Positions 49,781-63,707 of a stretch of DNA of 64,000 bases are shown in pieces; the stretch's first letter is position 1, and each line of letters opens with the position of its first letter. Source of the stretch: Lama glama (lineage: Eukaryota); the NCBI GenBank assembly GCA_028534125.1, contig CM052828.1:1178001-1242000 (forward strand). Direction: 5' to 3'. A program made the position numbers and the translations under genes. The notes beneath the pieces are model-generated. The model saw nothing but the letters and a program-made list of their open reading frames with translations, was not told where the DNA came from and searched no databases.

Positions 49781-51874
49781 GCCGTAGCCTTCACCCACCT
49801 GCTTTGCCAGCCTGTGTGCTGTCCCGGGGCTTGAACTCCCCGAAGAGGTTTCCAAGGCTGCTGGGACCTGGTGGTGCTTTGGGCTCCAGCCCACCTCCCG
49901 ACACCTGCCACCTCTGTTCCACCCCCTGGTGGAAGAAAAGGACTGTGAATGCCCACTGCTTGGAAACCCGCTTCATTCGGGCCTCGACACATGGGCCCAG
50001 CCACCTGGAGCGGCCCCAGGCGCTTTGTGTTCGTTGTCGGGTTCTGTCGCATCCTTTGCTGGGCAGCACAGACACCACCCGCTGCAGTTTGCTGTCTGTC
50101 CTTCTGCAGGGCACGCACCCCGGCCACGGGCACTGTGTGGGTGCCCGGCGCCCAGCACCCTGCCTGCTGCATGTCCATGCTCAGTAAGTACGCGTCAGCC
50201 GGTGACTGTTTTCTGGTGTCAGTTTGAAGGGCACTGTGGTTGGAGCCGAATTAAGGACCTCTCAGTAGATGGGGGCTGCACCCGGTTTCTGAGGGTGGGG
50301 CGCATGGTGTGGGGTCCAAGGCTGGGCCATGGACCAGAGCGACTGCCAGCCTGCAGTGGTGCGTTCTTTGGGGTGGCTGCTTTGTGGATGAGGACCCCCC
50401 AGGCGTCATGGGGGGAGGCCAAGGTTGCCCAGCATGTGTAGGTGGAGGTGGAGGCCGGGACACTCAGACAGATGGGCTACCTGCCTCCAGTGCTGCCTGG
50501 GCCGGGCTCTTGGGATCTGGATCAGGGCATGGGGGTGCCTGACACTGGTTCTCGTCGCATTGCTCCAGCGGGTACTGTAAAGCCTTCTTTGTGTCAGTGA
50601 GAGGAGCCTGTGGGGTGTGTTCTGCAGGTCAGAGAAGGCAGTCAGGAGTTTCTGGGTCCAGGGATGGAGAGAGCGGCACTGGCTGTTTGGAATTACTTGG
50701 CCTGTTTGTCCGAAGGCTGGCCTCAAAAATCGCTGAATTAGTTCATTCCTTGACGGAATATTTATGAACTAGGATGCAAGACGTTGCTCTGTGCTATGGG
50801 TATCAGATGGGCTTCGTCTAGAAGGGGAGCAGAAGTGGGCACCCCCTGCGTGGGCCTGGGAGGAGCGGGGGCCCAGGCAGAAGGCGGTGGTGGCGGGAGC
50901 AGGTGGCAGGTGACCTGGCTGCCGGCAGTGGTGGGCGTGTGGGCTGTTCCGTGTGAACATGGCAGCAAGCCTGTCGTCCCCGCAGGGCCGTGGAGGGGTG
51001 ACGGCTGGTGCGCCCTCAGGATTCACCATGTGGGTTTCCAGTCTCACCCACGGCGTGCGGTCCTACAGCTGCACAGAGGGGCTGTGTTTCTGGCTGAGTC
51101 TGGTAGCGTCTATTTCATGGGTACAGTTATGGGGAAAACAATTCGTACTGTTTACCTTGCTTCCAAGGTGCTTTATTGTAAGGCCTGGATTCTTAATGTG
51201 GAGGTTCCAGATGCACCCAATTTTTAGACCTGGCTATTAAATGCAAAATTTACATGTGTGTGTAAATATTTGTTTTTCTGCTTGACACTTTCATGAGATT
51301 TTTGAGGGCATATGTAGCGGTTTTATAGTTGAAAGCAGTATACTTCGCAAAAGGGTAAAGCTGACCTTACTAACTTCTTACATGAAAGCAGCATGTTCTT
51401 TTCTTATGATGAGTATTAACAATGAAGTGATTTACATATTGTAACTTTAAATTTAATTAAAATTTTCTTTGAAGTATAGTTGAATTAAAATAATATGTTA
51501 GTTTCAGGTAATGTAATTTTTTAAATGTCATTATTTTTGATAGGTAATTGGTCTAGAGCATGCTGTCTGTCGTGGCTTGGTGTATGAGAAAAGTTTACGT
51601 GTTTAAGAAAAAAATTGAAAAGAATTGACGTATTACCTAAATTGAATGATCAAGGCACACCAAAATCCTGCCTCTCTTCCATCCATATGCAGGAAATATA
51701 AAACCAACAAAGGATCTACCAGACTAGTTATCAGTTTCTGGTGACTTGAGGAATATTCGGAGCAGGCCTTGCGATCCTGTGGGCATTCCTGTGGTTGGCG
51801 GGAATGCCCGCCCTGCTTAGGGTCGATGGCAGAGTCCGGGGAGTGAGCTGGCAGCTGATGGGAGTGGGGGCTGG

Positions 51875-52290
51875 ATGTTGTCTCTGTGGGTTCTTCCAGA
51901 AGTGGATTCGGAGGGAAGGATTCCAGGGCAAGTAGTTTACCTGGGAGGTGATCCCAGGAGACTTGGGAAGGGAGTGAGGCATGGTCTCAGGCAAGCACCC
52001 TGAGGGCAACCAGGCCTTACTCCTGCGGGACCTCGGGACCTCGGGCCAGTGCAGGTCCTGTGCCTCCTGGTGCCTCCCCAACCCCGAGGCAGGGAAGTGA
52101 ATGTTTCCCCACTGCCTCCTCTGTGCCATGGTTGAGGGCTGCTCCCGGCACAGCTTGGCTGCCTGCTGGGAGGGTGGGTGGTCTAGGTCAGATGAAGTGC
52201 TCAGGGTGGAGTTATGGGGCTGGCAATTGGCCAGTGAGAAAAGAGTAAACGCTGGGACATAGGGGCAGGACACCCACGTGTCTGCTACAG
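51875..52290 (-). mobile_element. ERVL-type LTR (LTR16/LTR41-like)
   Basis: aaggattccagggcaagtagtttacctgggaggtgatcccaggag; terminus gtctgctaca. Confidence 0.65.
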
Positions 52291-52739
52291 ACACCTACCA
52301 CTACACTGGCCAGGTTACTAGACAGGCCTTGGGGTCAGTAGACCCCAGGTGGTCTGTATGCCTGCCCCCTCCACACGCTGTCAGAGGTACGGGCTGTCAC
52401 CCACGTGCTTCTGAAGGCACCAGCTCCGGGTCTCCTGCGTTGTGGGAAGCGCTGACCCTGTGCGGTAACCCGAGAGATGACGCTGTCAGTAGTGGTTTGA
52501 CATTAGAAGCGATTAAGGCAAAGACGTGTGCTTTCCCTCTGCTTTGAAGAGCTTTGGACTAAAGCATTTGGCTTACGGGAGTGCTGTGGGGCTGTGGTGG
52601 GCACTGCACAGATCGACAGCCCCCATCCCTCCCTCTCCCTCCTTCCTGCTCTTTCTATCATTCATTCTTATTCTTTCTCTTTACAAGAACTGTCACTCAG
52701 AAAGTCTTTTCTTCTTTAAATATACTATTTTCCTCATCC

Positions 52740-52860
52740 TGTGCTCTCTGTCCTGAACTTTTGAGGGCCAACATTTTGTTGATCTTTGTATTACTGATGC
52801 TCAGCAGAGTTCCTGGCCTAGGGTCTGTCCTAAGGAAACGTTTGTTGAATGAATGCGTGT
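52740..52860 (+). mobile_element. L2 3' end
   Basis: tttgagggccaac...cagagttcctggc...tttgttgaatgaatg. Confidence 0.75.
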
Positions 52861-54469
52861 CTTCGACATACTGAAGTAGGGCAACACAGGGGACTGCCTG
52901 GGGCACTTGGTGGCCCCCTCTCCCTGTGCTGTGGGGCCCCTCCACTCTGCACGCAGAGGGAGCCTCAGGTGTACAGAGTCCAAAGGAAGCTGACGTCTTC
53001 TTGGGGTTCAGCAAAGTGAAATAGTCTTTCAAATCTAAACTTTTTCTTCTGAATTGGCAGAAAATTTGGTAAGTGAAAAACTGATGAGTTTTCTCTAGTT
53101 ACTGTCTAAAGAAATTTTATCCCTTTGCAATTGTTTAAATTCAGCCTTGGAACTTCTTACGGACGTTGTGATTAAATGCCGTTTTCCACCACCATCCTGG
53201 ACGACACCAGCAGTATCTCCTGTTGGCGCCTAACTGCTGCTAAAGTGCCTGGTACTTTCTTTCTCCATCTTAAACTCACCTTTATTATTACCTTTTGAGT
53301 CTCTGGCAAAGTTTGTGTACACTGTAGAAAATCTAGTAGCAAAAGATACGAGAATATGAAAATAATTTCATCACTCAGTGATAAAAATTATGAACGTGTT
53401 GGCAGAAAATCTTTTTATGGATATAACTCAGATAACATTTTATTTTATAACAAGCTGAGAATACTTGTTCTAGTTTCTCCTTAATTAACAGGCAGGGATG
53501 TCTGAGAAGGGGTTTGTTTTATTGAGACCATTTCCCACTGAAACCTCTCTTCAGTTTCTTCTACTGCCCTCAATTGGGTGAAGAATTTTAGAAATAAAGT
53601 GGCATGATATACAATTTGTTGAAGCAAAATTTTTACAGTGCTTAAAAAATTAACTGTGCAGAATAAATGTTTTCTTTTTTTCGTGCCACCTAGCTGCTGA
53701 AATTTGGACTAATCGTTCCACTTTGAGCCTTGAAACTGGCGTGTAACAGTAGAAAACTCCTCCCATGAAGTTTTGCTTATTTTGTTTATTCCCCCCAAAT
53801 TAATTTTACTGTAGTATGCTAAAACAACATGTTGCCAAACATTGAGGTTTATGTGGTGAGGCTCAGCCAATGAAAGCATGAGTTGGAATGCAGCTGTACT
53901 TAGGGTTGACATGGAAAGGACTGAGCAGCTGTAAGGAGTGGGGAAGATGCTTTTAGAGGACATGGACCATTTATTCAAACAGCAGGCTGGGTCGGTGTGA
54001 GGATGGTGCTTCGAGCCAGCAGTCTCCTGGCTGCTGGTGGATTCCATGGTTACACGGATACTTGTTGCGGGACAAGTGCACCTGTGCTTGTTGGGTTACG
54101 ATGTTCTTGCCAAAAAGCTGACGTACAGGAAGAGCCAATTTGGGTTCGTTTACCCTCACTGACATACACAGAGGCTGCGTGAGTGGTCAGAGAAGTGGCT
54201 GGCGCAGCTGGATTGGAAGTGTTTGTGCATCGGACTGCACCTGGGGTTTCAGAACGACAGCCACACGGCAACCTCCACCACAACATTTATCTGAATATTA
54301 AAACAAAGACAGTGTGGGTCACATCTCCCCTCGACTTGCTGAAATATAACTTAAATATCATGCAGCCAGTTAGAAACTCCATCTGAAAAGCTCATTCCTC
54401 CCCCTGCCGCCCAGACCCCTCTAGATTGGCCTTGAATGCTTCCCTGTAAGAAGCTGTAATATGTGAGCA

Positions 54470-55340
54470 CACGGTGTGTTTAGATCTTGGTTTCTAAATG
54501 TTATGCCCCACTAAATAAACCAACATTCCTTGGAGAAATGGCTGGTTTCAGGGCTGGGAGGAGAAAGTATGTTTACATTTGTGTTAAAGTCTTCCCCACA
54601 GACTGCTTATTAATGACAAAGGTAAAAATGGTAACTTCGTAGTGCAGAGACCTGGGGGACCCCGGAGTGCAGTAAAGCAGTCGGAGCAGTCAGTCGCTTG
54701 TCTCCGACCACGGGGCAAACTCGCTTGCAGGTCCTGCTGTGGTGCACTTGAAGCATCTTCTTTCTACCTGGCGTTTCTGCCCACAGTGCATAAGCTGCAT
54801 CTAATTCAAACTGAGGGACAGCTGGCCTGAAATCTCCAAAAGAGCCATTGTCTCAAAGACCAGGAAAGTGGAGGAAACATTCCAGATTAAAGGAGACTCA
54901 GGAGATGGGGCAGCTGAGCCATGCGTGGTCCTGGACTGAGTTCTGGATCGGATAAAACTGATGAAAAGACATCACTGGGACAGTTGCAAAATCTCACATG
55001 GACTGTGGGTTGGATGACCCTATTAAATCAAAGCTGATTTTCCTGAATTTTTAATTGTTTACTGTAATGCAGGAGAATGTTCTTGTTTTTGGAGAATGCC
55101 TGCTGAAGGATTTTGGGGTGAAGAGGCAGGAGATCGTCAGCTAACTCTCAAAAGATTTGGAAAAAATGTGATTATATATTGTGTGTTTTATATAAAATAT
55201 ATAAAACGTGTCACTTATAGGAAGGGAACGATAAAGCAAAGTGCTAGACTTCAAATCTGAATAAAGGGTATGTGGGAGTTCTTTATACTGTTTTTGCAAC
55301 TCTTATAAAACTATTTCAAGATGAAGAGTTAAAAAAAAAG
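54470..55340 (+). mobile_element. L1MC4-like 3' UTR fragment
   Basis: gatcttggtttctaaat...ttccttggagaaatggctg...ccagattaaaggagact...tttttgcaact...gttaaaaaaaaa. Confidence 0.8.
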
Positions 55341-55627
55341 AAGTTACCAATATGGCCACATTTTGGGTTGGAGGAGAGCCAGCAAGTCGAATTCACATCT
55401 CCATCCCTTCTCTGTTCTTTTTTTTTTTAATTTGAATAGTTTATTTAATTCACTGTTGAGTTTAAGGGAAGTTGTAAAATATATACATACTCTGTATCCA
55501 GACAACATCCTCTAAACCCAACAACAGAGCCCCTCTTAGGAGTGTTTGGAATCACATGCCTGAGCTTGAGTGCCATAGTTAGGTGGGGATAATGCTTGAT
55601 GGCTTTGTGCTCTCATTTTCAGTCCAG

Positions 55628-56850
55628 GTTTTTTTTTTTTGTAACTTTTTTTTATTGAGTTATAGTCATTTTACAATATTGTGTCAAATTTCAGTGTAGA
55701 GCACAATTTTTCATTTATATATGAACATACATATATTCANNNNNNNNNNNNNNNNNNNNNNNNNNNNNNNNNNNNNNNNNNNNNNNNNNNNNNNNNNNNN
55801 NNNNNNNNNNNNNNNNNNNNNNNNNNNNNNNNNNNNNNNTGGTATTTTTCTTTCTCTTTCTGGCTTGCTTCACTTAGAATGACATTCTCCAGGAACATCT
55901 ATGTTGCTGCAAATGGCGTTATGTTGTTGGTTTTTATGGCTGAGTAGTATTCCATTGTATAAATACACCACATCTTCTTTATCCAGTCATCTGTTGATGG
56001 ACATTTAGGCTGTCTCCATGTCTTGGCTATTGCAAACAGCGCTGTTATGAACATTGGGGTGCAGGTGTCTTTTTGAAGTAGGGTTCCTTTTGGACATATG
56101 CCCTGGGTCATATGGTTTAAGTCTATTCCTAGTCTTTTGAGGAATCTCCATACTGTTTTCCACAGTGGCTGCACCAAACTGCATTCCCACCAGCAGTGTA
56201 GGGGGGTCCCCTTTTCTCCATACCCTCTCCAGCATTTGTCATNNNNNNNNNNNNNNNNNNNNNNNNNNNNNNNNNNNNNNNNNNNNNNNNNNNNNNNNNN
56301 NNNNNNNNNNNNNNNNNNNNNNNNNNNNNNNNNNNNNNNNNNNNNNNNNNNNNNNNNNNNNNNNNNNNNNNNNTCCTTGGAGAATTGCTTGTTTATGTCT
56401 TCTGCCCATTTTTGGATTGGGTTGTTTGTTTTTTTTTTTATTATGTCATATGAGCTGCTTATATATTCTGGAGATCAAGCCTTTGTCGGTTTCATTTGCA
56501 AAAATTTCCTCCCATTCCGTAGGTTGTCCTTTTGTTTTGCTTATGGTCTCCTTTGCTGTGCAGAAGCTTGTAAGTTTCATTAGGTCCCATTTGTTTATTC
56601 TTGCTTTTATTTCTATTGCTTGAGTAGACTGCCCTAGGAGAACATTTTTGAGATGTGTGTCAGATAATGTTTTGCCTATATTTTCTTCTAGGAGGTTTAT
56701 TGTATCTTGTCTTATGTTTAAGTCTTTGATCCATTTTGAGTTTATTTTTGTGTATGGTGTAAGGAAGTGTTTAGCTTCATTGATTTACATGCTGCTGTCC
56801 AGTTTTCCAACACCACTTGCTGAAGAGACTGTCTTTATTCCATTGTATGT
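55628..56850 (-). mobile_element. Relatively young 5'-truncated lineage L1
   Basis: Poly(T) tail; well-preserved ORF2 C-terminus [13 protein letters not shown]...DTCTPMFITALFAIAKTWRQPKCPSTDDWIKKMWCIYTMEYYSAIK; gaps at 55740-55839 and 56243-56373. Confidence 0.93.
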
Positions 56851-58489
56851 TCTTGATGTTCTGGGGTTTCCTTCTAGAGCCTGCCTGCCTCCACGCTGGG
56901 CGGCCAGGCCCCCAGACCCCAGACAGGCAGTGGCTGCCCCGCTAGATCCTGCCCTTCCTTCAGTTCGGTTCCTTCACCTGCCTTTGCTTTGGCCACCCTC
57001 CCTCCTGCCGGCCAGCGGATGAGAAGACCCCTGCCTGCTCCCTCCTCCCCACAACTCGCTCTCCACCATGATGTTTCCCAGCACAGGCTCTGGGCTCCTG
57101 GAGCTGGGCATCACTTGATGGTCCAACTCTGAGGTTGTGGTGCATCTTTTCCTGACCATGCCTAGGAAACAGACCTTTTATTTTCCCCCAAGAAACTGTC
57201 ATTTTGGTAAGATGAGGAGTGACTTTTTCAGGAATCACCAGGCACCACCTACTGTGGGCTTCCTCTTCCTCAAAAAGTGTCCCTTACATTGAGGTGTGTG
57301 GCTGGACTTCAAAACTCCCAAGGCCACCAGGGCTGGCTGAGCCATTGCTTTAGAGCTGTGCTCTTCCCTGCCCCTGACATCATGCTTGGCCCCTGTAGGC
57401 CCTCACCCAGCTCTGTCACTCCTTCATTAGTTGAATATGAGATCAACTAGGTTAAAGTAACTTCAAAAGATTATCATGTGATTGGTGATAGCTCTTTCAC
57501 ATTAAGGGAGTTTGATCATCTTGGCATTAAGGCAATTTAGGAAAATACTATAACTAAGCGGAACACGGAAATGCTAAGTTTTGGTATGTGCACCTGATGA
57601 GCTGTGGCTCTGATGCTGGGATTTGCTTGTCATTTTTTTTTTTTTTAAACTTGTGCTGGGAAGGGGAATTTGGGCTTTAAGACTTGGCTCAATTGTGTGA
57701 TTTCTTTATCTGGTAGCTGGGGTGGAGGAAGTGCCCTGGTTACTTGTCCCATTAAGGCAGAACGTCCAGGACCGGGTAATGGTGCAGGACCCGCTACAAC
57801 TTCTGTTCATGACGTGGGTGTAAGTACATTACCCAACTCAGTCTTCCAGACACTCATCTTTCACACCCTGCATCTACGTCAGCAGTTGCAACCTACTTGC
57901 TCATGGCCGTTCACCCAGCCTGGGTGGGGATGAAGTCCTTGTGTTTGCAGTGGGAAGTCTGTGGAAAGCTCTGATGGGCCGGGTTCTCACTGGCTTCCTC
58001 AAACCTCCTGCCATCCCCTTCTATTTAGGACACTAATAACTAAGCGGTCGTTTTTTTCCAAGGAGAAGAGTCCTGCTCCTTTTATCCTTAACCAAATAGG
58101 GACCAGTTGCTGAAGGCTGTGTTGTTATTCGCAAATGCCTATCTTTTGAAATCAATGTTATGGTAAAAAAAAAAGGGGAGGGGAGGAGCGACAAGCAGCC
58201 CTTTTCAGCAAACACGACCACTGTAAGCCATTCGGCTTTGATAGTTTCTTCTTTCTCCATACGGCCTTGACCTTGACTGAGACAACGTGATTTACAACAG
58301 GAGTGAATGTCTAGAGGGCAGAAACTGTGTCATACATGTTCTGAGCTTGCCACTTTCTGTTTTAAGATGTAAATCATGTGACGTTTGTATTAGATAAATT
58401 AGAAAGTTTATGTATATGATTAGTTGCTTTATAGAACTCCTTTTTAGAATATGTTTATAGAATGTATCTTTGCTATATTATGATTTTAT

Positions 58490-60550
58490 AATCATCCTTC
58501 AAAAGTTAATATAAAATGAAAGTAGTAGATGTACACAGTTAAAAAAACAGCACATTGGGACCTATAGAAACAAGCAGTGGTCCCTGGGCCATCCTCCCTC
58601 ACCCCTAGTCCCTTCACTCAGGCTGAGCTGCTTTGATCTCTTTTAGCTGTTTCTTCTCTGAGTTATTGCCAGTTCCTAACTATTGTGGTCACACAGTTAT
58701 TTCTTTATTCAGTTGGGACAGATGGAGATTAACACATCCTCATCTGCATTTCTCCCCACACCTTGATACAGTCATGCCACGTTATGGGTCCCTTCGTTGT
58801 TGATTACTTTGTAACTTTAAGGAGTAGCAGTGGAGCTTGATTTCTTGTTGCATCAAATACTGAGAGTATGTCAGTGTCCAGCTGTGCACTCAGCCCCAGG
58901 ACAAGCTACATATGTTTTAGGGACCAGTGGGAAATGCAGACGCAGAGCTGCTTGTTTAAAAATGAGCATGAATATCATGACGGAGACAGAGCACTACACC
59001 CAGTGTGGGGCTCTCTTCTTTCCTTTTCTCCTTTTCACTTCTGTCATTTCTTTCTTTTAAAATATCAAGAGTAATAAAATTTTAATTTTGTCCTGAAACC
59101 ATAAGTATCTCATCCATTCATTCTTTATAAGTATCTAAGTTGAAATTAATAAATGGTTCATTGTTGTGACTATGCAAATATTATTCATTTCAGAACCAGG
59201 TAAACCAAGTATTCCCTTTCTTGTACATCCCTTTGTTTTTCCTGGAGTTTATATTTGCTTTTACTTTTGTCTCGTCCTTTTGCTTTATCACATTCTCAGT
59301 TTTAACCAACTTTGCCCAATCTGTCTAATCAGCTGTTAAATCTTATTTTCCCCAGAGGCCTCCCCTAACCCCAGAGGAAGGGTCTCCCTCCTCCCCCTGG
59401 ACTTAATTGCCTCCAGGCCTGCTTCCTGGCTGGTGTCCTGGGACTGTTCTTTAGTGCTTCCCTGATTTGGTTTCACTGCTTCCTAGATCCTGAGATTTTA
59501 TCCTGGGTTGATCCTTTGCATGCTCTAGCCCCTCCTCAAATAACTTTTGGGTGTAGTGGGTGCTGGGAGAAATTTCTGAGTTCCTCCAGTTCTGAAGATG
59601 TTGATAATTTATCCTCACTCTTGACTGGCAGTTACCAGTGGAGTTCTAGGAAGCAAGCGGCTCCCCTCGGAGCTTTGGGAGGATCGCCACCGTCACTGGC
59701 GCCTGCCTGTGTTGCTGAGAAGGCCACCCGGAACCTTTTGTCTTACACTGTGCTTGACTTTTCTCCCTGAAGACAGTTTCTTCTCCATCCTTGGCATCTG
59801 AATTTCCCGGTGATGTACCCAGGTGTGGCACAGGTGCGGTCCTTTCTCACTTGCTGCTCTAGCATGTTGGAGCATTTTTAAATCTGGAGATTGCTATCTT
59901 TGACTCTGGAAAACTCTCTTAAATGCATTGTTTGATAATTTCTTTCCCTTTGTTTTTCCTCATTCTTTTTTTGAAAGCCCTGTTAATTGAATCTTGGACC
60001 TCTTGGACTAATTCTGTATGCTTCTTGTCTGTTTTCTTAAGTTTGTGTCTAAGTTCTCATTTTAGGGAGGTTTTCCTAATTTATCTTCAACTCTTTCTAT
60101 TAATTTATCACTTTTTTTCATCCCTGAAAGTTTCATTTTCTCTGATTTTTCTACTTATTGCATTCTGTTTTTGCTTTATGCGTACGATACTGTCTATAGT
60201 GAGTATACAGATTGGAGTATTCAAATTATTCCTGACTACCCCTAGTATTTTTTCCTATTTATTTATCCTGGCCGTTTTTTTTCTTCCGTGGTGGAGGCTT
60301 ATACGCTGGTGGTCCTTAATGGACCTTTTGTTTTGAAGTGCGGCCCTCAACCCTGATGGTGAGCTCTGTACACGTAAGTGAGGTTTGTGAACTGGCAGGG
60401 TCTGACTGAGGGTGGCAGTAGTTTCACTGGGACGTCTATGTACTGTAGCGTGTGGTTCTTTCTTCTGTGGTGGTCAGATGCTTTAGGGTGAACTTACAGA
60501 TTTGTTTGCCTGGAGGTGTTTTCCTGGTTGGAAATCAAAGTATGCGGAAT
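58490..60550 (-). mobile_element. Degenerate HAL1/L1ME-like antisense element
   Basis: T-rich with tcttttagctgtttcttc, tttatcctcactcttgactggcagtt and tttaaatctggagattgctatctttgactctggaaa. Confidence 0.6.
58897..59018. mobile_element. MER45A-like hAT-Tip100 fragment
   Basis: caggacaagctacata...gggaccagtgggaaatg...cttgtttaaaaat...gtgtggggctctcttc. Confidence 0.65.
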
Positions 60551-63500
60551 TGATGACTTCTTACAATAAGTTTCAATTATTTCCTCATTCCCTCCCCTCA
60601 ACAACCCCCTCCCCCCGCCACTCTCCTGGTCTGGTTGCACTGTTTCCTAGGCTCTGTCCTTCGTGGCCCTGGCACTCCTAGGTAGAGGGCCTCTGGGCTC
60701 CACCTGGGGGATGGCCGCCTCTGCCCCCGCGACTGTAGCCCCCCATCCTGCTCCACCTGTCCTGTCTTCTCACCTGTAGCGTCTCACTCCTGTGAACCCA
60801 CCGAACCCCCTTCTTCTCTGTCCTGCTGTTGGGTCATGGCCCTTCCTTCCTCTGCCGTCATGCAGGCGAGGTCCTAGAGGAGGAGGTGCCCCTGCATGTT
60901 TTGGGGAAGACTGGCCTCACTCTTTCCTTAGACTGCTGATGGCGTCCGAGTGTGTGAGGAGGGCGATGCCCAGTGTGTGTCCCCTGCACTCCCGCAAACA
61001 CTCTCACCACACCCTCATCACACCTTCACTCGTGTAGTCGGAGATGTGTCGGTATAAACTTTTGTGGGAAAACCATGGTTTATAAAATACCTACCTATGT
61101 GTCTATGTGTCTGTCTGTCGTTATAAAGGCAGGCCCCTTCTGCTGGGTGTGAGGAGGGAAGTGGTTCAGACAGCAGGGCGTGTTAATGGAGTTTCGGAAG
61201 GAAGATAAGTGTGGTCGCCTTCGGAAGGGGCAGGAGAAATTTTTGTTGTTCTTAATCAGCAGTTTAAAATGTTTAAATTAAAAAAGAGGCTTTAGGCTGC
61301 TTTGCATTCTCCAAGTCATCAGGCCTCATATCTTTTTTGTTATTTTAAAACATACTTATGGGCTAACTGAGAGCCATCTTCATTCAAGCACGTAAGTAGA
61401 TTGTTGAGTAAAATTCGTATTTTCCCACCCAGAGTTTAGAGCAAATACTGTAAGAGTCACGTGTAAGGTGAAGGCCTTGTTAAAGCTGCCAGCACAGGCT
61501 GGTGACACTTGTCACGTTGTCACTGCGGCAGCTGCACTGGTGACTTACACCCAGGGGATGCTCTTCCTGAGTGTAAGTTTGGACACTGGCCTGGGAAGCG
61601 TCCTCAGCTTTCAGAGACCTTGTTAGCACCTTGCAGAGGTCTCTGTCTGTGGCGGTTCAGTACTTTGTGTGCAGAGATCTTTACATCCGAGGAGGGCACA
61701 GTGGCCGGCTGCCCTTCACGGCCTCCCTGTCTCTTCCCTGGCTGCCCAGCAGAGGTGGAGCAAATCTTCCTGAGCGTTTAGTGCACGTGCTGGGATGTCG
61801 GGACGCTAGCTAGCCTCATGGCGGGACCCCGGGGAAGTGGCTGTGCAGTTTGGAAATGTGCAGATCACGCTAATGTTCCTGGGCACTTGGTGTGACTGTG
61901 GCAGATGGAGAACACAGGGTGTGTTGAACAGTGAATGGGAGAAAATGAAATTAAGCTAGTGGAGTTTAATTTGGCTAATCAAAAAATCTGTTGGATGGTA
62001 GCATAGTTTATTTATTTTTATTAATTTTTACAACAAACGCATAGCACTGATGAGGTGTCAGGCAGCGTGCCAGCCTCTCTTGACTCACCGTTGCGGATGT
62101 AGGTGTTCCGATCCGCCGTCTGCAGAGGAGGAAGCCGAGGGTAGGAGAGGGCCTATGATCCCCCGAGGTGGGCTGCCGTCTGCGTCTGTCTGTCCTGAGA
62201 GCCCATCTTCTGCCTGCGGCCTTCGTGTGGCCTGTCCTTTTCCTGGAATACCCTCTTCTACTTTGAAATTCAGGCCCCCCTTTACGTGCCAGCGTAAAGG
62301 GCAGCAGCAGGGCAGAGCGGCAGTCAGCGTGAGTTTCCTGCCCTTCATCCTCCAGGAGAACTTTCCTGGCTCCTGGCTGGGGGTACCCTTGCCCCCGAGT
62401 TCCTGTTCCTCGGTGCTGTCTCTCTTCCCTTGCCGGCAGCGCTGTTGTGTGTGCGCGTCTGTGTCGGCGGCACCCGCGCCGTCGGGGGTCATCAGAGGTG
62501 CCGCCTTCCCTTCCGCGCGCAGACAGCCCGGGGCCGCCCGGGGCTTGCCGGAGGGGGGCGGGCCCGCCTGTGCGGCTCGTGTGCATGGCTGTAGGTCAGC
62601 TGACGTCTAGTTGTATAGATGTCGTTTCTGCCTGGGTTTTGTTTTAAATCACTTTGGGGAAGAGAGAAGACCCCATGAAAGCTACAAGGCTGCTCAGAAA
62701 AAAAGAGAATGTTTGCTAGATTCTAAGCTATTTGAAGGCAGGGACCGCAAGTCGCGTGTTGTTCAGCCCTGTGCAGGGGCTTCAGCACGGTTTGGGTTAT
62801 TGAGGCCCCGGGAGTGGGGAGCCGCCCCTGTGTGTGGGGCGGACCCTGTTCTGCCGACCTTGGACGGCCTGGACCCCGAGCCTGCCCAGTGCTCCTCTGC
62901 AACGTCTGCGAGCACCCTCTGCAGCGCCGTCCTTGCTCCCCGCAGCCGTGCCTGTGTTGTGGCCCGAACTGCTGGGTGTGAACGGGCTGAGTGACTGTGT
63001 TGTGAAACAAACCATGTTGTATGAACATTCCCATCCTGGGGTTTTTCTCTTCTGTGAGGCTGTGAGAAATCTCTTTTTTACCTCCTGTCAAGTCTCTAAA
63101 GGGATTTTCGCAGCTAATTTGGGACAATAAAGGCATTCTTACTGTGATGCAGCTATTCTTTTCAGGAATATATACATTCCAGTCACTTCTAGTTAAATCT
63201 GCCTGAACTGAGTGAAATCCCCACAGAAGAGCCTGTAAGGCATGAACGTGTTTGCCTGTCTCCTCTCGGAGCTGCCACCGCCCCCCATTTTCCTGCCGAC
63301 TCTGAGACTCGGCCTTGCCATCTGTTGCTTAGAGCAGCTCCCTGGGTCTTCTGTGGTGTGTTCACCATGATAAAAATGAAAGAAGCGGAGAAATTAGAGG
63401 TCAAGACATTGTCGTGGAAAACAGAAAGCCGTTTGGCTCAAAGGCTGTCTTCGTTTTGACCAAAGATGCAGCGGGCGGTGGGAGATCGGTGGGCAGCACC

Positions 63501-63707
63501 TCACTTCCGCAGCGCCTCGTGTGGCTGTTTGTCCTACTGACCTCCCGGCCACCGGCGGCTTCCTGTCCTTGTTTTCTTTCCAAGGGAGGCTCGTGAACTG
63601 ACCAGGACGTGTCTTGTCCTGCCCCCCCTGCACACCACGCTCCCTGCACACTCACGGCCCTGTGTTCTCGGCTCACTTTCCTTTGAAAGAAAATGAATTT
63701 TTCCTTG

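Noticed and set aside
182-56373. X-containing ORFs spanning N runs (182-313, 9027-9214, 11247-11384, 36395-36557, 36582-36726, 55740-55839, 56243-56373)
   Set aside because: Assembly gaps, six of the seven inside L1 sequence; the ORFs are artefacts.
59923-60336. Hydrophobic 137-aa membrane-protein-like ORF
   Set aside because: T-rich antisense HAL1/L1 sequence yields Phe/Leu-rich translations.
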